A stretch of 64,000 bases of DNA from a virus: positions 1-64,000 of IMG/VR virus record IMGVR_UViG_3300036800_000073; one strand, 5' to 3'. The notes beneath the pieces are model-generated. The model was given only the letters and a program-made list of their open reading frames with translations. It ran no database searches and had not been told where the DNA came from. The stretch's first letter is position 1. Each line of letters begins with the position of its first letter. Of this stretch, positions 10,370-19,881 are shown one piece after another. The position numbers and the translations under genes are program-made.

Positions 10370-12193
10370 TCAAGCATATGCCCAAAGGTCTTCGCATCCA
10401 TCCGGGGGCATTCCAGCAGCAGCCTGTGGCTGCACGCTCAGCGCCACAGCCACCGGCTGCACCCAGATCGGTATGGCGCTCAGCGCAAACGTTTCCCCCG
10501 TCCACGCCATCAGCAAGGTGCGCCCCATCGTGTCGGCAATGGCCTGTGCAGCCTGCGGAGGCACCGCGTTCCCGATGCGCTCCCGATGCGCCGAGTCAGA
10601 ATTGCCATCCAAGTCAAAGATGGCGTCCGGATCGACCAGCGATTGCAGCGCCGCCAGCTCCAGCGTGGTGAATGGTCGATGCCAGTGGCCGTCAAGCGCC
10701 CGGATTATACCCACCAGCTTTTCGCTCGCCTCCGGCAGCCGTGGATTTGCAACGCTCCATCGCCCGTTGTCCGCGCATGCGGCGGCTGAGACAGCGCCGC
10801 TCGCATGGTCCCACGGCACCACGCCGTAATTGCCGTTGGTCAGGTAGGCGTCTCCCTTTCCGCGCTGAGCCGCAGGCCGTGGGTCCGCAACCGACAGCCA
10901 GCCGCCCTGCACACCTTTGCCGCCTCCTATCACCGTCCGCGAAGGCTCGCTCCACGCCTCGACCACGAGGTTGTTACCGCGCCTGTCCCAGCCGGGGCGC
11001 GGGTCGGCGACGCAAATACCGCCCGAGTTCGGATGCCCTCCGCCCGTCACGGATGGGGAATGTTGCTCCCACTTCACAATGCGGAAAACATTGTTGTGCC
11101 TCACGCCGTTGATGCGGGGATCTTGCACAAACAGGTTATTGCCAGCCCGCTGCCCCACGATCGTCCGAGAAGCTTCATTCCACCGCTCGACCGCGAGCGC
11201 CCCGTATTTGTTTTCCGGATGGCGGGGGTCCGCAACTGCGAATGCGCCGTTAGTGACCGTCGAACGCCCCTGAACGGTCCCGCTGGCTTCATCCCATCGG
11301 TTCACGCCCAGGTAGCCCCGACGATATTCCGGCACCAGGAGGTAATCCGCCAGCTTGCCATCCACCACGCGCAGCTTGTTCAGGCTGCGCCAGTCAGACC
11401 CGGCTTCCACAAATGCCAGCCGCACCCAGGTCTTCCATTGCAGATTAGGGACAGCATGCATCGGGCCACCGCGCATATCGCCCGGCAACGGCATACGCTC
11501 CAGAATTTCTCCTACCGCCCGCAGCGGCCGCTTCGGCGGCTCGTATAGGAACGGTGGCACCTTGGCCGCGTGCCGCGCCACCATCAGGAAGCGCTTGCGA
11601 GACTGTGCCAGGCCTCCAATCTCGCCGCAGTCATGGAAGGTCTCGGCCACCGCATAGCCGTAATGGCGTAATAGCGCAGTGATCTGGTCCAGCAGCGGCC
11701 GCCCCCGCGTGGCGATCCGCGGCACATTCTCAAAGATCACAAGTTCCGGCGGGTCGCTGGACCATGCCTCAAGCATCAAGAAGATGCCGCGTAGCGTCAG
11801 CCGGTTCAGCGCCTGGTACCGGCTTGACTTGCTCCGCGTCTCCGAAAGCAGCCCGGAGAATCCCTTACATGGCGCGCTCAGAAAAACAATATGCGGCCGT
11901 TCGCCGCCGGCGGAGCGATGGATCTCGGCGGGACCGGCCTCGCGCCATCCAGCCGGAGGCTCCGCCTCATGGAACGCCCGGTACTGCTCGCGGTCGAACA
12001 AATCCAGCACCGTGCCGCGCGCGCCGGAGATTCGCTCAAAGTCGCGCACTGCCGACGGCGACACGTCGACGCCCCCGATGCACCGGAACCGGCCACGTAT
12101 CCCGTTCAATTCTGCGCGCCCGCGGTTGAATCCCAACGCACCGCCGCCCAGCCCGCAGAACAGGTGGTAATGCAGTATCTCTCGTTCTTCCAT
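10370..12193 (-). CDS. DNA cytosine-5 methyltransferase with repetitive variable region
   Basis: Motifs I FCGLGG, IV SAPCKGFS, VI ENV, VIII QSRKR, X IGNAVPP. Confidence 0.92.
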   Translation of the reverse strand: MEEREILHYHLFCGLGGGALGFNRGRAELNGIRGRFRCIGGVDVSPSAVRDFERISGARGTVLDLFDREQYRAFHEAEPPAGWREAGPAEIHRSAGGERPHIVFLSAPCKGFSGLLSETRSKSSRYQALNRLTLRGIFLMLEAWSSDPPELVIFENVPRIATRGRPLLDQITALLRHYGYAVAETFHDCGEIGGLAQSRKRFLMVARHAAKVPPFLYEPPKRPLRAVGEILERMPLPGDMRGGPMHAVPNLQWKTWVRLAFVEAGSDWRSLNKLRVVDGKLADYLLVPEYRRGYLGVNRWDEASGTVQGRSTVTNGAFAVADPRHPENKYGALAVERWNEASRTIVGQRAGNNLFVQDPRINGVRHNNVFRIVKWEQHSPSVTGGGHPNSGGICVADPRPGWDRRGNNLVVEAWSEPSRTVIGGGKGVQGGWLSVADPRPAAQRGKGDAYLTNGNYGVVPWDHASGAVSAAACADNGRWSVANPRLPEASEKLVGIIRALDGHWHRPFTTLELAALQSLVDPDAIFDLDGNSDSAHRERIGNAVPPQAAQAIADTMGRTLLMAWTGETFALSAIPIWVQPVAVALSVQPQAAAGMPPDGCEDLWAYA

Positions 12194-12294
12194 GCTCACC
12201 AGTTTCGAGTCCGTTGTCAAAAGAGTCAACAATGATTATTATTCACCAGTTACCACGAGCGCGGCAAGAATCGTGAGCCGCGATGCGGAAGGTT

Positions 12295-12765
12295 TCACGT
12301 AATCTTCTGTCCGCGCAGATAGGCCAAGACCTGAATCTCGATGGCCAGCCGTCCCACGCTGTTGGTCTTGCGGTAAGCCTCACGGATCGGAGCCAGGGAT
12401 TCGCTCATCGCATTGCGGTCGGCGTCGCTGGCGTGGCGCTTCTTCGCTGCTCGCTCCAGCGTGAAGGCCCGCTCCAGCGTCTTCCACTCCGCGCGATCGG
12501 CGTCATTCGCCCAAATGCCCTGATACTTTGCGCCCGCGATGATCGCCGTCGAGAAGTCTTCTGTCGCCTCGACCTGATAGGTAGAGCCGATGAACATCGA
12601 GACTTTCTTGCAAGCCTTCTCCGCGAACACCTTGCGCGTCGTGTCCAGGGTTCCATCCGGCTTCACGATCTGGAGTACGACACCTACCTTGCCGTCGCTC
12701 AACTCGGTGAGCCCGGTGCACGCGACCAGGAATCTGCGCATGTCCGCTTTCTGATCTGCATTCAT
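12295..12765 (-). CDS. Hypothetical phage protein
   Basis: 156-aa ORF overlapping the upstream stop (ATGA). Confidence 0.55.
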   Translation of the reverse strand: MNADQKADMRRFLVACTGLTELSDGKVGVVLQIVKPDGTLDTTRKVFAEKACKKVSMFIGSTYQVEATEDFSTAIIAGAKYQGIWANDADRAEWKTLERAFTLERAAKKRHASDADRNAMSESLAPIREAYRKTNSVGRLAIEIQVLAYLRGQKIT

Positions 12766-13940
12766 GCTGCCTCAACTTTCTTGCCTATAAATGGAAGCTC
12801 GCCGTTCAGTATGCTCTCACGCTGCGTCCTTCCAGTGAAGTCGATCCGGTAGTCTCCGGCAAATAGCTTGTGATCGTCGATGCGCACATCCTCGCTGCCG
12901 GCCGCTTGTCTCACCGCATCCAGGCGTTCGCGGATCGCGTCCACCAGTTGCCGAAAGGATCGCGCCGCCATGTAGACCACCAGCTTGCGCTCGCCGGTCG
13001 CCAGATGGATCATTGCCACTTCATAGCGGCTGCGGTAACGTTTCAACCTCGCCAGTCTTTCGTCGATGGTCCTCATGCTATCGTCTCCCAGGCCCTTTGT
13101 TGCCTTCGCCGCCGCCTTCTTCGGAGCCTTCTTCGCGGGTGCCGCTTCCGGAGCCGGGGCCGGAGCAGATTCCCCTACGCTCTGGCGCAGGGCGTCCATC
13201 AGATGAATGAAGTTGTTAGGCTTGGGAGCGGCGGTGTCTGTCATAGGCTTGCCGGTCACCTTGGCGTCGATCATCTCGCGGACGGCCACTTCGTATCCGT
13301 CCACAAACTTGGAAGGATCGAACGGAGCCGTGCGCTTGCCGATGAGAAGCTCCGCCATCTCCAGCACGTCGGCGTTGATGGCTGCTTCCTTGATATCGCG
13401 GAAGTAATCGCGGCGGCTGCGGATTTCGCTTTCGTAGCGGACGATGTAAGCCATCATGCCGCGATCTTCGGCGGGGGCAATGGCGATGATGCTCTCGCGG
13501 CCTAGAAGTGTGATCTTGCCGATGGCCACCTTGCCGGTATTGAGAAGCGCCTGGCGAACCACGGCGAACGCTTCGGCTTGTCCATCGTTCTGAGGCAGCA
13601 CGAAATAGGGTTTCTCGATCAGCTCCGGATTCAACTCCGCCATCGAAACGAACTGACTCACTTCAATCGTGTGCTTGCTGGCCACCTTCAAGCTGTCCAG
13701 CTCGCTCGGCTCAACGATCACGTACTTGCCTTTGGCGTATTCGAAGCCCTTCACGATGTCATCCTTGGCAAGAGTCGTGCCATCCTCTCCAGCCGTTTTT
13801 TGGAGCCGGATGCGCTCGCCGGTCGCACGGCTGATCTGATTGAAACTGATTCCGCTTTTGCTCTCGGTCGCCGTAAACAGGCTGATGCCGAATTGCACCA
13901 GCGAGACTTGAACCATTCCAGACCAGTAAGCTCGCGCCAT
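12762..13940 (-). CDS. ku: Ku (NHEJ DNA-end-binding) protein, apparently read through in frame into a second ~105-aa gene (internal RBS+ATG near 13077)
   Basis: MARAYWSG..VSLV, ISFNQI, DIVKGFEY..GKYV, KPYFVLP, FDPSKF.D.Y, LMDALRQS, basic tail. Confidence 0.92.
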   Translation of the reverse strand: MARAYWSGMVQVSLVQFGISLFTATESKSGISFNQISRATGERIRLQKTAGEDGTTLAKDDIVKGFEYAKGKYVIVEPSELDSLKVASKHTIEVSQFVSMAELNPELIEKPYFVLPQNDGQAEAFAVVRQALLNTGKVAIGKITLLGRESIIAIAPAEDRGMMAYIVRYESEIRSRRDYFRDIKEAAINADVLEMAELLIGKRTAPFDPSKFVDGYEVAVREMIDAKVTGKPMTDTAAPKPNNFIHLMDALRQSVGESAPAPAPEAAPAKKAPKKAAAKATKGLGDDSMRTIDERLARLKRYRSRYEVAMIHLATGERKLVVYMAARSFRQLVDAIRERLDAVRQAAGSEDVRIDDHKLFAGDYRIDFTGRTQRESILNGELPFIGKKVEAA

Positions 13941-13960
13941 ATTCCTCCTTCACAATTTGG

Positions 13961-14066
13961 GGTTCCGAGACTTGCCCGTTTTAGAGTACCGGGATCGTAG
14001 ATCCACTCGGCTAGTACGGGCGCACCTCTGTGGGCTTGCTACCTTGTTGCGCCAGTCTCGGAAACC
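13961..14066 (-). ncRNA. Structured 5' leader upstream of ku (multi-stem, unknown class)
   Basis: Outer stem 13961-13972/14054-14066 enclosing cccgt/acggg, ggatc/gatcc and ggcgca/tgcgcc helices. Confidence 0.45.
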
Positions 14067-14102
14067 ATTGGGCCGGGAGCCTTGATTCCCAACCACAAGT
14101 AT

Positions 14103-14131
14103 AGATTAGCACAGTAATCAGATTGATGCAA
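14103..14131 (-). promoter_or_regulatory. ku promoter with operator (14112-14128)
   Basis: TTGCAT-17-TAATCT; CATCAATCTGATTACTG. Confidence 0.75.
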
Positions 14132-14162
14132 GGAAAATAGCAGGAAGAGGTAAAATTGTCGG

Positions 14163-15149
14163 TCATTTTCCGAACTCCCGGCAGAGGCGGCGCTGAGCCC
14201 CTTGAATGCTTCCGTCGCCGCGTCCAGGGCCATTCCCGTCACGGCGATCCGGTCTGGACCTTGACCGCTTCCTCGAAGCGCCGCCGCTACAATCCCGAAG
14301 CTGGTCCCCAGGTGATGGGCGGAGGCGGCTATTGGCGGCGTTCATCCAGCGAGTCATTTCCCTGGATCGGTGAGCGAGCGTGTTCGACATCGCCGCCTTG
14401 CGCGCATTCATGCGTGCGGCGAAGTCGTAAGCCATCGAATCGACCGAGGCGATGCAGTCGAACATCTTGAGCGCCGAGAGCGCGGTTCCCTTCACGCCGA
14501 ACAGGTGCAGCCGCGAACCTTTGGGAAGATGGACTTCAATGGCGCTCGCGACAGCGAGCAAGCCATGGGACGCATGATGCAGCTCGCGGCGGCACACGGA
14601 GCCGACGCCGATCAGCGCGGGCGGCGAGGCGTGCCAGCGAGTCCATACCTTTAGCATTAGTTCCAGGCTGCGGCTATAGTCTCGGATCGACCAGCCTTGA
14701 ATGACCGGAATCGGCGCGAGCAGCGGCTGGCCGTATTCCCCGCTCCATTGATCGACGATGCGGAGGGTGCCTTCGAGAAACGTGGCGGTCGCAGCGACGC
14801 GATAGTCAACTTGGGACTGATCGCGGGCGATCTCAGGCTCGCAGCAGAGATCGGGTTGCGCCCACCAGGTCGGTGCGAAGGTCAGCGCAAATTCGATGTA
14901 TTGCTCATAGGTCCAGGGAAAGATGCCGCCGATCCCGGCCTGTCGCCCTTTGGCTTTCCAGAGCTGCATGGCGGTATATCCGGCGCTGTCCAGGGCGCAG
15001 TCCAGTTCCTGAATGTCGCTGGCGTCGGGCGGGCAGAATTGGATGCCATTCCAAAACGCGTTGGCGCTGACCATAGCGGCATAGCTGCGATGAAAGGCAT
15101 GGAACGCCAGCTTTCCGCCGCGATGTGGAAGCCCAACACGGATAATCAT
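14163..15149 (-). CDS. TGT-fold, DpdA-like (deazaguanine transglycosylase-like) protein; C-terminus probably fused to an unrelated fragment
   Basis: LDSAGY, PDLCCEP, PVIQGW, IGVGSVCRR, LHLFGVKG, SVDS motifs. Confidence 0.7.
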   Translation of the reverse strand: MIIRVGLPHRGGKLAFHAFHRSYAAMVSANAFWNGIQFCPPDASDIQELDCALDSAGYTAMQLWKAKGRQAGIGGIFPWTYEQYIEFALTFAPTWWAQPDLCCEPEIARDQSQVDYRVAATATFLEGTLRIVDQWSGEYGQPLLAPIPVIQGWSIRDYSRSLELMLKVWTRWHASPPALIGVGSVCRRELHHASHGLLAVASAIEVHLPKGSRLHLFGVKGTALSALKMFDCIASVDSMAYDFAARMNARKAAMSNTLAHRSREMTRWMNAANSRLRPSPGDQLRDCSGGASRKRSRSRPDRRDGNGPGRGDGSIQGAQRRLCREFGK

Positions 15150-16336
15150 TAGAGGCCAGCCTTGGACGGCCGCAATGTGACTGGATATGAGTCGGAATGA
15201 TGGGCAATCGGCGGCGGCAGCATCCGCGCGTAACACGCCCAACCCAGCCAGGCTAAGCTCGTCCAGATATATGCCCCAGATAGAAGATCGACATTGAACA
15301 CAATCAGAGCCAGCGCAGCGCCGTTCAGCACAGAGAAACCACTCAGCGACTTGACAGACTCGGAGCAGCGGTAAATCCCGTTCAGCATAGCCGGGATCAC
15401 CACGATCTCATCGAAGAACCATGAGTAGGGAGCGACCACGACGGACACCGCGATCAGAAGCAAGCCATCGTCATTCCAATCCCAATGGTGTCGCCGGCGA
15501 ATGTACCACCAGATCGCCCAGCAGGTTGCGCCTAGTTCGGGAACATATTGGAGAATGTTCGCTGCTGGCCAAGGCCGGTGAAGCAATGTACTGACGTTCG
15601 GCATCCCATGACTGGCGACGAATGATGCTGCATGAAGCGCGGGAAGATAGTGCGTCAACACCTGGTGATCAAAGAAAATGGCAATCCCAAACAAGGCCGT
15701 GAAGCCCAAGAGCGTCCCGGCCAGAAAGGAATATCTCTTTCCCCTAAGCGCCCAAAGCAGCACCACCAGGCCGAATGGGAACAGCAGGTGCGGTTTGATG
15801 GCAAGCAACGGAACGCATAGGCCAGCCAGCAAGGGCCGGTCGCGATATAGCCACAAAAAGGATGCCAGGCCAAAAAGCATAAGCGGCACGATCTGCCCCT
15901 GGGAGATACAGGCTGTTACGGGAGCAAATATATAAATCAGTAAATGTAAGCGATCGGCCCGCTTGCCATGCACAATCCATAAGATCCGAATTGAGATCAT
16001 GAGCAATGCGATCATCGCGAGCAGCCACACCATGATGGCGCTGCGCGCACTGAACAGGCCGAGAGGCAGCACAAAGGGCAAAGCGCAGGGCGGATTGAAC
16101 ATCACTTCGTCGTGGCTCGACGGAGCGCCAGCCGATTGTTCAAGCTGAAATACGCTCGCCGCATCATAAGGATTCTGATGTTGCAGAAGAAGTCTGCCGG
16201 AGGCCCAATATTCGAGAACATCTCTAACGTCGTTGTCCAAATAAGACTCGGACACGCTGGAGACGATCAGATAGAGCAGGCACGCGCCAAAGGCCGAGAG
16301 TCCAATAGCGCAAAGCATTCGTATCCATTTCGTCAT
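15149..16336 (-). CDS. GT87/DUF2029-type (GT-C) membrane glycosyltransferase
   Basis: D..EYW.SG..L....NPY, FNPP, GQ, KPHL, PYSWFFD; about 10 hydrophobic segments. Confidence 0.82.
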   Translation of the reverse strand: MTKWIRMLCAIGLSAFGACLLYLIVSSVSESYLDNDVRDVLEYWASGRLLLQHQNPYDAASVFQLEQSAGAPSSHDEVMFNPPCALPFVLPLGLFSARSAIMVWLLAMIALLMISIRILWIVHGKRADRLHLLIYIFAPVTACISQGQIVPLMLFGLASFLWLYRDRPLLAGLCVPLLAIKPHLLFPFGLVVLLWALRGKRYSFLAGTLLGFTALFGIAIFFDHQVLTHYLPALHAASFVASHGMPNVSTLLHRPWPAANILQYVPELGATCWAIWWYIRRRHHWDWNDDGLLLIAVSVVVAPYSWFFDEIVVIPAMLNGIYRCSESVKSLSGFSVLNGAALALIVFNVDLLSGAYIWTSLAWLGWACYARMLPPPIAHHSDSYPVTLRPSKAGL

Positions 16337-17920
16337 GGCCGGCCTCTCACTGCGCGTTCGGCTTCGGCCTTAGCTTCATGCAATGTTGGATAACTTCCGA
16401 GGCCAGGACGAGGACGATATTCCGCGATGGATGGTTGTAAGCCTCGCACATTACGCTTTGGCGAACGAAAGAATCTATCCACTCGCGCGATCACGCAGCC
16501 GTCGTCGATACAGATCCAACTGCGGCCAGCGAGAAGAATCTTTTGTTCTCGCATCCATTTCGTCATGGTCTGCCTCCCTCGGCGTCGGCGATGTACTCTG
16601 CGATGGCGTCGATCTCCGCCTTCGCTTCCTTGACCTTGGCGATCCGGGCGTCGTGCTCGCGCACGGCGGTCGAGAGCCCGATGGGTCCGGCTATATAGTA
16701 GTCTCGCCCGTTCGGCCCTTCCTGATACATGGCCGTGAGCGCAGCACCGAGGGTGCGGCTCATCTTTAGCCATCCTTCCAGCAGGTCGCCCTTGCTGGTG
16801 CCGTTCAGGTGGATGGTAGGAAAGATCATCTGATGTCCTCATTCTCTATTGACCGCACGGCGCTGGCCAGCGCATTGATGCCGCATTTGGACTGCGGCAA
16901 TTTCTCGCCAGTCAGCATTCGCATGATTGTCTGCCGGGTCTGCTTTTGCGAGTCGCCGGAGAGCCCGAAGATGTTCTTGCATCCGGCCTTGTACATTTCG
17001 ATTGCGATGCGCTGTGTTTCCGTCATATTCATCTCAGGCCGCGGGTAGGAACTTCGCCAGGTTCGACGGGTTGACGTGGATGGTGATTCCACCATCGTGC
17101 CCGCAGAAGTAAGAATGCTCCACACACAGGATGCCATCGGGCAGCGTGACGCGTTCCGCTGCGGGCAGCGCCTTGTCGTAGGCCGACTGCGCTGGCATGG
17201 GAACCGTCGCTTCCGTGCTCAGGCAGTAGAACACGAAGTAGTCGCGGCTCCCGCCATCCCAATAGCTGGCCACATTCAGCGGATGAAGCTGCGCGGCCAT
17301 GTGGAACTTGCGGCCTCTGTAATCGGGATAACATGCTTGGACGATGGCTTTGATGCTGGCGTCCGGTTTCACTTTGAAAGATGTCACAGTTCGCCTCCCG
17401 CACAGGCCGTACAAAACCCATTGACTGTGGCTGGATTTTCGTGACAGAGGGCACAGGTGGCCTTCCCTGCCTCGATGATCCAGCCATTGGCATCAAACTG
17501 CGTTCCGCACTTGGAACAACTCGCGCCGAGTGTGGCCGGAACATGCTGGCCGCAGCATACGAAGTGGCCTGGAGCGAGCTGGCCGACAGGATAACCTTCA
17601 TCTCGAATCCACGCTGCCTTTGTTCTAATCATGATTTCCTAGCTCACGTATGCCGTGATCTCGTAGCTGCCGCCTTCGGTTCTATACCAGCTCATGGCGA
17701 GCCAGGTGTGAGGTCCAACCTGTTCGTGGACCCGGCCCTCGCGCCCGCAATAAACGGCGTCTTCCATCGGAGAGAAACCGGCCTCGACCAGCGCCGCGTC
17801 AATCAGGTCGATGGGGAGAGCGCAGTGGTAAGGACTAAGCCAAGTGGACAGGAGACGATTCGCCTTGTTTCGCATTGCCATTTCCCTGGACATTTCGCTC
17901 TCGATTCCTTCTACTCTTTA

Positions 17921-17949
17921 AGAATAGCGCAGAAATCGGAATAATGCAA
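17921..17949 (-). promoter_or_regulatory. Early promoter with operator (17930-17946)
   Basis: TTGCAT-17-TATTCT; CATTATTCCGATTTCTG. Confidence 0.78.
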
Positions 17950-18020
17950 GAGAATTATCCAAGGATTTCAAAGATTTATGGGACGCGCTAAACCGTTGAT
18001 TATGAAAGTGGTGGCTCTGC

Positions 18021-18593
18021 TCAACAGATCGAAAGACAGTCGTGGATACCGTAAAACTGATGAAGGCGATGCCTGGTGATCCAGGGAAAGCGGCTGGACA
18101 GCATTTCGTGAAAGCGATCGGTCGCAGTGCAGCCGCCTTCGCCCTCGCCGACATAAAGGACGGTTGAGCCCATGTAGGCATCGAGAACCTGCTCACTCCA
18201 GTCGGCGTCGTAATCCGGCCAGACCAGCAGCAGGGTCCGGCCCGGATACTTGTGCACGGCCTCGACTCCGCCGAGTTGCTCGACGCCGTAACCGTGCGTG
18301 AAGCGATACTTGTTCCCTTCTCCCGGCACCAGGTCGGTCGCTACTACATCCGCGCCCGCCTTGCGCAGCTCGTGGCTCCAATAACCGGTGCCGGCTCCGA
18401 CTTCGAGGATAGGAGAATGACCATGGAGCAGGTCCACCGTGCGCCGGTCAAGAATGGAGAAGCCGAAGGTCTCGATAAAGTCTCTGCGCTTCTCGTAACC
18501 ACGCCAGAAAGTCAGCCCGTCGAAGATGTCCGGACACTCGCGTAGCAGCCATTGCATGGCCTCGGTTTCGTTCTCTGGCTTCGGCATAATCAT
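18021..18593 (-). CDS. Class I SAM-dependent methyltransferase-like protein
   Basis: ILEVGAGTGYW, VVATD, LLLVWP, YVGEGEGGCTA. Confidence 0.75.
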   Translation of the reverse strand: MIMPKPENETEAMQWLLRECPDIFDGLTFWRGYEKRRDFIETFGFSILDRRTVDLLHGHSPILEVGAGTGYWSHELRKAGADVVATDLVPGEGNKYRFTHGYGVEQLGGVEAVHKYPGRTLLLVWPDYDADWSEQVLDAYMGSTVLYVGEGEGGCTATDRFHEMLSSRFPWITRHRLHQFYGIHDCLSIC

Positions 18594-19270
18594 TTTATAG
18601 AACCCGACAGCCGCTGGCCGCTAACGCGTTCGAATTCGGTCAAGGCCGCACCAAGTGTGTCGATGAATCGCTCGCCAGAGGCCAGTTCGTGCCGCCAGCT
18701 TGAGCCATCGAAGCCATAGTCGAGAATGAAACGAAACGGGAAGTCGCCGCTCGTCTCGACGGTGATCAGCAACCGGATAATCTCGATAGCGGCCGCGTAT
18801 GCGGGATTCAACTGCACGATCAAGTTGCCTTGTGCGGCGAAGTAGGCGGAGAGGACCGTGCTGATCTGCGCTTCGGAAAGATCCATGCCGAGTAGGGGAG
18901 TGCCTACGAACGGAACGTAGTGAGGGAAGTACAGGATGCGGCGCTGGCCGATGGCGATCTTTTCCTTATCCCTCCAGCTTATAGATAGCCCGCAGTTGGG
19001 CCGGCCTAGAATGGCATAGCGAAAGACTTGCCGCAGCGCTGGGATCGACGCGATGGGATTGTAATAGAGGTCGGTCGTGCCTCGTGCTCCGCTGCCCGCT
19101 AAGAGATCGTAGACGCCATAATGGCTGTATTCGGTGAATGGCTTGCCCGTGCGGATCAGCCAGCGGTAAATCTGGAATGCCTGCTCCAGCGAATAAGGCT
19201 GCGGCCAGTAGCTGTCCGGTCTGACCAACTCCAGAAAGTCGATAGTGGCTTTTGATGATAGTGTCGTCAT
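18590..19270 (-). CDS. Hypothetical protein
   Basis: ~226-aa ORF, co-oriented and abutting neighbours. Confidence 0.55.
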   Translation of the reverse strand: MTTLSSKATIDFLELVRPDSYWPQPYSLEQAFQIYRWLIRTGKPFTEYSHYGVYDLLAGSGARGTTDLYYNPIASIPALRQVFRYAILGRPNCGLSISWRDKEKIAIGQRRILYFPHYVPFVGTPLLGMDLSEAQISTVLSAYFAAQGNLIVQLNPAYAAAIEIIRLLITVETSGDFPFRFILDYGFDGSSWRHELASGERFIDTLGAALTEFERVSGQRLSGSIK

Positions 19271-19271
19271 G

Positions 19272-19490
19272 TTAGTTGAATCCTTCAATCCACTTTCGCA
19301 TCTCGCGATCTGTGCTCAGGAATCCACCAAACATCAAGAGAACTCCCAATTCGATGCCACAATGGTTCTCCAACTCCGGGTGCTTGCGAAGATCGGCGGT
19401 CATGGATGCGAAAGCATTATTCAGATCGCCCGCATCGAGATATTCAAGCGCCCGGTGTTTTGCCCACTCCAGATGTTCCGTGCGATTCAT
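19272..19490 (-). CDS. Small hypothetical phage protein
   Basis: MNRTEHLEWAKHRALEYLD; RBS; overlapping stop/start. Confidence 0.6.
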   Translation of the reverse strand: MNRTEHLEWAKHRALEYLDAGDLNNAFASMTADLRKHPELENHCGIELGVLLMFGGFLSTDREMRKWIEGFN

Positions 19491-19881
19491 TGCTGCTCCT
19501 TCGCGATGTCGCTCCGATCAGAGACGGCCCGCGCTGCTGGGTCCACGTCTATTACCAAGCGATCCTGATGCTCGCCGTCTTCCGTGTATGCGCTGGCGCA
19601 ATCCATGACCAATTCCCACGCGCTGCGTTCTGCCGCAGAGTGGGCGTCCGCGACTCTCCACATACGCCATGCCTCGAACAATGTCGGCGATTCCTCTGAG
19701 GTCACCGCAATGCGCGGTGCTGCCTCTCCTTCGTCGGCGTCCATCACGATGTAAAGCAAGGACGGATCGCCGAGCGTAAACTTCGGATCTTTCATGGCTA
19801 ATCCTTTCCGAACTTTGACAGCGCCACCAGCAGGGCGGCGACGATTACGGCGGTGATGGGGACGGCGATCATTTGCTCCGA

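Noticed and set aside
14019-14053. Twister ribozyme suggested by GGUAGCAAGCCC..AGAG on the minus strand
   Set aside because: The UAA cleavage-site strand and matching pseudoknot pairings could not be found; kept only as an unclassified structured leader.
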